Part shown: positions 60,002 to 64,000 of the stretch, one piece after another
Position numbering within the stretch: position 1 is the stretch's first letter
Layout: each line of letters starts with the position of its first letter
Assembly: GCA_934154785.1 (NCBI GenBank)
Contig: CAKPGL010000002.1
Coordinates: forward strand, 75,805 to 139,804
From: an uncultured Bacilli bacterium
GTDB taxonomy: Bacteria; Bacillota_I; Bacilli_A; RF39; UBA660
DNA: 64,000 nt
Direction of reading: 5' to 3'
The notes under the pieces: generated by a model
What the model was told of the DNA's origin: nothing
Seen by the model: the letters and a program-made list of their open reading frames with translations, nothing else
The model's database searches: none
Made by a program: the position numbers and the translations under genes

Positions 60002-61024
60002 ATGTTAACATTAATTTATTTTATTTTAATTCTTGGTTTTATAGTTTTAATTCATGAAGGAGGACATTTTTTCTTTGCTAAGAAAGCAGGAATTTATGTT
60101 TACGAGTTTTCTATAGGAATGGGTCCTAAAATATTTAAGTGGAAACGTAAAGGTGATGAAACACAGTATTCAATAGGAATTTTCCCAATTGGTGGTTATG
60201 TTCAAATGGCTGGAGAAAGTGTAGAAGACGATAAAAGTATTCCTAAAGATAGAACAATGCAGGCGAAAACTTGGTTACAACGCTTTTTAACTATGATAGC
60301 GGGAGTTATGATGAACTTTTTACTTGCTATAGTATTACTTTTTGTAGTAGCGTTATTAAATGGTGCACCTAGTAAAGAAGTATATGTCGCTACAGTTACA
60401 GATGATTCTGCAGCCAGTATAGCTGGTATGAGAACCGGTGCTCAAATAACTAAGTTTAATGGTAAGAAAGTAAATAGTTCTGATAAGTTAATGCTTGAAA
60501 TAGCGGTTAATAGTGGTAAAACTATTACTTTAGAATTAGATGGTAAAGATAGTATTACTATTACTCCAACTGAGGATGAAAGTGGAAACTTTAGATATGG
60601 TTTTGGTGTTAAAAATGAAATTCATAAAGGTTTCTTGGCTTCCCTTAAATATGCCTTTACAAAATTCTTTGCTTTAATAGAGCAAATGTTTATGATTATT
60701 TGGTATTTAATTACAGGTAAACTATCTTTAAATAATTTATCTGGACCAGTTGGTATATATAATTTAGTTGGTGAAACTGCTAAAACAGGATTTGCTAATG
60801 TTTTATATTTAGTAGGTTATCTAAGTTTAAATGTAGGATTTATTAACTTATTACCACTTCCAGCATTTGATGGTGGCCGTGTACTTTTCTTAGCTATTGA
60901 AAAGATTAAAGGTAAACCAGTATCACCTAAAGTAGAAAATACTGTTCATGCTATCGGCTTTGCATTACTTATGTTACTTATGATAGCAATAACATTTAAT
61001 GATATAAGAAGATTATTCTTTTAG
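60002..61024 (+). CDS. rseP: RIP zinc metalloprotease RseP/RasP (site-2 protease with PDZ).
   Basis: The HEGGHF HExxH motif and a C-terminal LDG-type motif (GFINLLPLPAFDGG). Confidence 0.8.
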   Translation: MLTLIYFILILGFIVLIHEGGHFFFAKKAGIYVYEFSIGMGPKIFKWKRKGDETQYSIGIFPIGGYVQMAGESVEDDKSIPKDRTMQAKTWLQRFLTMIAGVMMNFLLAIVLLFVVALLNGAPSKEVYVATVTDDSAASIAGMRTGAQITKFNGKKVNSSDKLMLEIAVNSGKTITLELDGKDSITITPTEDESGNFRYGFGVKNEIHKGFLASLKYAFTKFFALIEQMFMIIWYLITGKLSLNNLSGPVGIYNLVGETAKTGFANVLYLVGYLSLNVGFINLLPLPAFDGGRVLFLAIEKIKGKPVSPKVENTVHAIGFALLMLLMIAITFNDIRRLFF

Positions 61025-61036
61025 TTGGGGTGTAAT

Positions 61037-61933
61037 ATGTTAAAAGTAGAAAATGTTACAAAATATTATGGAGATTTCTTAGCGGTAGATAATTTGTCTT
61101 TTACTGTTAAGCCTGGTGAAATATTTGGCTTGCTTGGAGTAAATGGTGCTGGTAAAACTACAACATTTCGTATGATAATGGGTTTATTAGAACCATCTAG
61201 TGGTAAAATTACATTAGATGGTAAACCAATTGACTATAGTGTAACTGATAAAATTGGTTTTTTAACAGAAGAACGTAGTTTACTTACAAAAATAACAGTA
61301 TTAGAACAGTGTAAATTTTATGGTGCTTTGAAAGGTATGTCTGATGAAGATATCTTAAAAAGAGTAGATTATTTACTAGAAAAATTTGGCGTTAGTGAAT
61401 ATAAGAATAAAAAAATAAAAGAATTATCTAAAGGTAATCAACAAAAAATACAGTTTATTACTGCAATAATTAATGAACCAAAATTATTAATACTTGATGA
61501 ACCTTTTTCTGGTTTAGACCCATTTAATGTTGAATTATTTAAAAAAGAAATAGTAGAGATGTCTAAAAAAGGAAGTATGATTATATTTTCTTCCCATCGC
61601 ATGGAACATGTAGAATTATTTTGTAAGAAAATTGTTATTATTTTACGTGGTAAATCAGTATTAGAAGGGGACATTAAAGATATAAAAGAACAATATCGTA
61701 AGAAGAATATCTTTATTAAAGGTGATGTTACAGATAACGATTTAAAGAATGTAAAAGGTGTTGTTGATGTTGTTAAACATGCTGATGAATTAGAAGTTAA
61801 AATAAAAGATATTAGTTATGTAGATGATGTATTTAAAAAAGTTAAAAATAAACAAATTTTTAAATTTGTAGTAGAAGAACCATCATTGAATGAAATATTT
61901 GTTGATAAAGTAGGTGAGTCTTATGAGAAGTAA
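61037..61933 (+). CDS. ABC transporter ATP-binding protein (ABC-2 type).
   Basis: Walker A GVNGAGKTT, signature LSKGNQQK, and Walker B ILDEP. Confidence 0.75.
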   Translation: MLKVENVTKYYGDFLAVDNLSFTVKPGEIFGLLGVNGAGKTTTFRMIMGLLEPSSGKITLDGKPIDYSVTDKIGFLTEERSLLTKITVLEQCKFYGALKGMSDEDILKRVDYLLEKFGVSEYKNKKIKELSKGNQQKIQFITAIINEPKLLILDEPFSGLDPFNVELFKKEIVEMSKKGSMIIFSSHRMEHVELFCKKIVIILRGKSVLEGDIKDIKEQYRKKNIFIKGDVTDNDLKNVKGVVDVVKHADELEVKIKDISYVDDVFKKVKNKQIFKFVVEEPSLNEIFVDKVGESYEK

Positions 61934-63248
61934 ACTTAATTATTTAATAAGTGTTAGCTTTAAAAGAAAAGTAAAAACCAAATGGTTCTTAGTAGCGAAT
62001 ATTTTACTTGCTTTAGCAATTGTATTAGTAATTAATATTGATTCTGTTATTAGTTTCTTTGGTGGAGATTTTGATGAAAAAACAAAAGTATATGTTGTAG
62101 ATAACGCTGATGCTTATGATATATTTAATGAACAACTTGCTACAACAAGTAGTATTTTAAATGGTGATAAAGAAAGTAGTTATGAAATAATTAAAAGTGA
62201 TAAATCTATAGATGAATTATCAGATATGATTAAAACTGATGATAAAGAAAAAGATAGTATTATTTTAGAGTTTTCTAAAGATAATGATAATTATTTAAAA
62301 GCAAAAATGACTACTAAAGATTATTTAAGCTATACAAATACTAGTTTACTTACTAGTGCTATTAACAATACTAAAGTTAGTTTAGCTATATTAAATTCTG
62401 GTATTCCAGTGGAAATATTAAATAACATATATTCAGAAGTTAATATTGAAAGAATTTATTTGGAAGACAATAAAAATAGTGATGAAGAAAATATGTCTAT
62501 GATAATGACTACTGTATTTCCAGCTTTAATACTACCTATATTTATGTTAACAATCTTTATTGTTCAAATGGTAGGAGCAGAAGTTAATGATGAAAAGTCT
62601 ACTCGTGGTATGGAAATAATTATTTCCAATGTTTCGCCAAAAACGCATTTCTTTTCTAAAATTATTGCTTCTAACTTATTTGTTTTATTGCAATCAATAT
62701 TATTAATACTATTTGGAGCAGTTGGATTATTTATTAGAAACAAAGTAGGTGGCGCTGATATTACCGGTGGTATTGGGAATACAGTTAGTGATATACTTGG
62801 AAAGTTTTTAAATTCTAGTATTGGTGCTAATTTAATATATATTATACCCCTAGCACTTGTTTTAACAGTTTTAACTTTTATAGCGTATTCTGCTTTAGCA
62901 GCCATTTTAGCAAGTATGACTACAAATATAGAAGATTTCCAACAATTACAGACACCAATTATGTTGATATCTCTAGCAGGTTATTATTTAGCTATAATGG
63001 CAGGCGTATTTGAAGGGGCAACATTTATTAAAGTACTTTCTTATGTACCATTTATATCCGCTATATTATCACCATCTTTATTGGTCTTAGGACAAATTGG
63101 TGTAATAGATGTTATTATTTCTATAGTACTTGTTATAATAACTAATTATTTACTTATTAAATATGGATTAAAAATATATAAAGTAGGTATTTTAAATTAT
63201 TCTTCAAAAGATTTATGGAAGAAAATGTTTAAAGCATTAAAGAGCTAG
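61923..63248 (+). CDS. ABC-2-family transporter permease.
   Basis: N-terminal TM, a large extracytoplasmic loop, and C-terminal multi-TM. It is coupled to the upstream ATPase. The start is ambiguous: GTG 61914 or ATG 61923. Confidence 0.6.
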   Translation: MRSKLNYLISVSFKRKVKTKWFLVANILLALAIVLVINIDSVISFFGGDFDEKTKVYVVDNADAYDIFNEQLATTSSILNGDKESSYEIIKSDKSIDELSDMIKTDDKEKDSIILEFSKDNDNYLKAKMTTKDYLSYTNTSLLTSAINNTKVSLAILNSGIPVEILNNIYSEVNIERIYLEDNKNSDEENMSMIMTTVFPALILPIFMLTIFIVQMVGAEVNDEKSTRGMEIIISNVSPKTHFFSKIIASNLFVLLQSILLILFGAVGLFIRNKVGGADITGGIGNTVSDILGKFLNSSIGANLIYIIPLALVLTVLTFIAYSALAAILASMTTNIEDFQQLQTPIMLISLAGYYLAIMAGVFEGATFIKVLSYVPFISAILSPSLLVLGQIGVIDVIISIVLVIITNYLLIKYGLKIYKVGILNYSSKDLWKKMFKALKS

Positions 63249-63365
63249 CAATAGCTTTTTTAATTTACAAAGTAAACAATAAAATAAAATGTTTTAGTTG
63301 AAAAACTATCAAAAATATATTATACTTTTATTAGGATAAATAATAAGATAGAGAGTAGGTTATTT

Positions 63366-64000
63366 ATGAAAAACGGAAGTACTAAAAATAATTGGAATTT
63401 TCCTAGGTATACATTTTATGTATTTCTTGTTTTAATTATTGTTTTATTTATTAAATTTGCTTATCTTTCATTATCGCCTAGTATATATGGAAAAAATATG
63501 GTTACCTTTGCCGCTAATCGTAATACAGTTAATAGTACTTTATATGCTAAAAGAGGAAATATATTTGATAAAAACGGTAATACTTTAGCACTTAATGTAT
63601 CTTCTTATACTGTAATTGCGTATTTATCATCTACCCGTACTGGTAGTAGTTCTACGCCTAAGCATGTAGTTGATAAAGAGTTAACTGCTAAAAAATTAGC
63701 TCCTATTTTAAATATGAGTGAAGAATATATTTTATCATTACTAAATAGAAAGGCTTATCAAGTAGAATTAGGCCCTGGTGGTAGAAATATATCAGAACTT
63801 ACTAAAGAAGCGATAGAAGAACTAGGTCTACCAGGAATAGGTTTTTCAGAAGATCAGAAAAGATATTATCCTAATGGTAATTTTGCTTCTTATATACTTG
63901 GGTATGCTAAAAAGCAAGATAATGGTAGTATAGTAGGAGAATTAGGAATAGAGTCTAAATACAATGATATTTTAAAAGGTACAAATGGTTATACTAAATA
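63366..64000 (+). CDS. Penicillin-binding protein (FtsI/PBP2B-like), 3'-truncated by the window end.
   Basis: N-terminal TM plus a PBP dimerisation-domain pattern (...NRNTVNSTLYAKRGNIFDKNGNTLA...). A TTGAAA-17-TATACT promoter lies upstream. Confidence 0.65.
   Translation, partial: MKNGSTKNNWNFPRYTFYVFLVLIIVLFIKFAYLSLSPSIYGKNMVTFAANRNTVNSTLYAKRGNIFDKNGNTLALNVSSYTVIAYLSSTRTGSSSTPKHVVDKELTAKKLAPILNMSEEYILSLLNRKAYQVELGPGGRNISELTKEAIEELGLPGIGFSEDQKRYYPNGNFASYILGYAKKQDNGSIVGELGIESKYNDILKGTNGYTK

Noticed and set aside
1-64000. tRNA, rRNA, tmRNA and CRISPR arrays
   Set aside because: I scanned for GGTTCGAATCC-like T-arms, GC-rich cloverleaf blocks and regularly spaced direct repeats. None was found. 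The only periodic repeats are the 24-bp coding repeats in the Rpn genes and the 10-bp GTGG operator.

Overview
AT-rich (roughly 28-30% GC) chromosomal segment of a low-GC Firmicute. The retained spoIIGA-sigE, sigG and ylmC genes suggest a Clostridia/Erysipelotrichia-like spore former. Almost everything is on the + strand. Most of the window is core: fhs, the suf genes, an RNase J paralog, a reduced dcw cluster (mraZ x2-rsmH-ftsL, murG-murB-divIB-ftsA-ftsZ-spoIIGA-sigE), rpsB-tsf, prs, murI, fpg, truB-rpsO-pnp, miaB and rpsP-khpA-uppS-cdsA-rseP. Accessory modules sit between these blocks. (1) Two near-identical ~1.25 kb direct repeats, each carrying an Rpn/YhgA-type PD-(D/E)XK putative transposase gene with a variable 24-bp tandem-repeat tract, at 1341-2592 and 46619-47860. 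(2) A sortase-dependent pilus operon at 8516-14397: three CnaB/E-box pilins plus a sortase, with non-canonical sorting signals [VS]P[DN]T[LM]SN instead of LPXTG. (3) An ApbE flavinylation / extracellular electron-transfer module at 16592-18922. (4) The most unusual part is an uncharacterised five-gene block at 18989-27487. It encodes a protein with two Rx4HG HEPN-like motifs separated by a coiled coil, a glutamine-synthetase-fold amidoligase-like protein, two small unknown proteins, and a 1432-aa helical giant protein ending in an intact calcineurin-like metallophosphoesterase domain. The block is convergent with a HIT hydrolase gene. I consider it a candidate novel conflict/defence system. 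Other sequence-visible features: a canonical MraZ operator (four GTGG boxes at exact 10-bp period) between two tandem mraZ paralogs; sigG displaced from its usual position after sigE, where an Rpn repeat now sits; a promoter-plus-terminator unit encoding a ~110-nt candidate sRNA between prs and murI; ribosomal protein S2 with a Rho-N-like C-terminal extension; a catalytically degenerate RNase J; several hairpin/palindrome regulatory elements. No tRNA, rRNA or CRISPR array was found.
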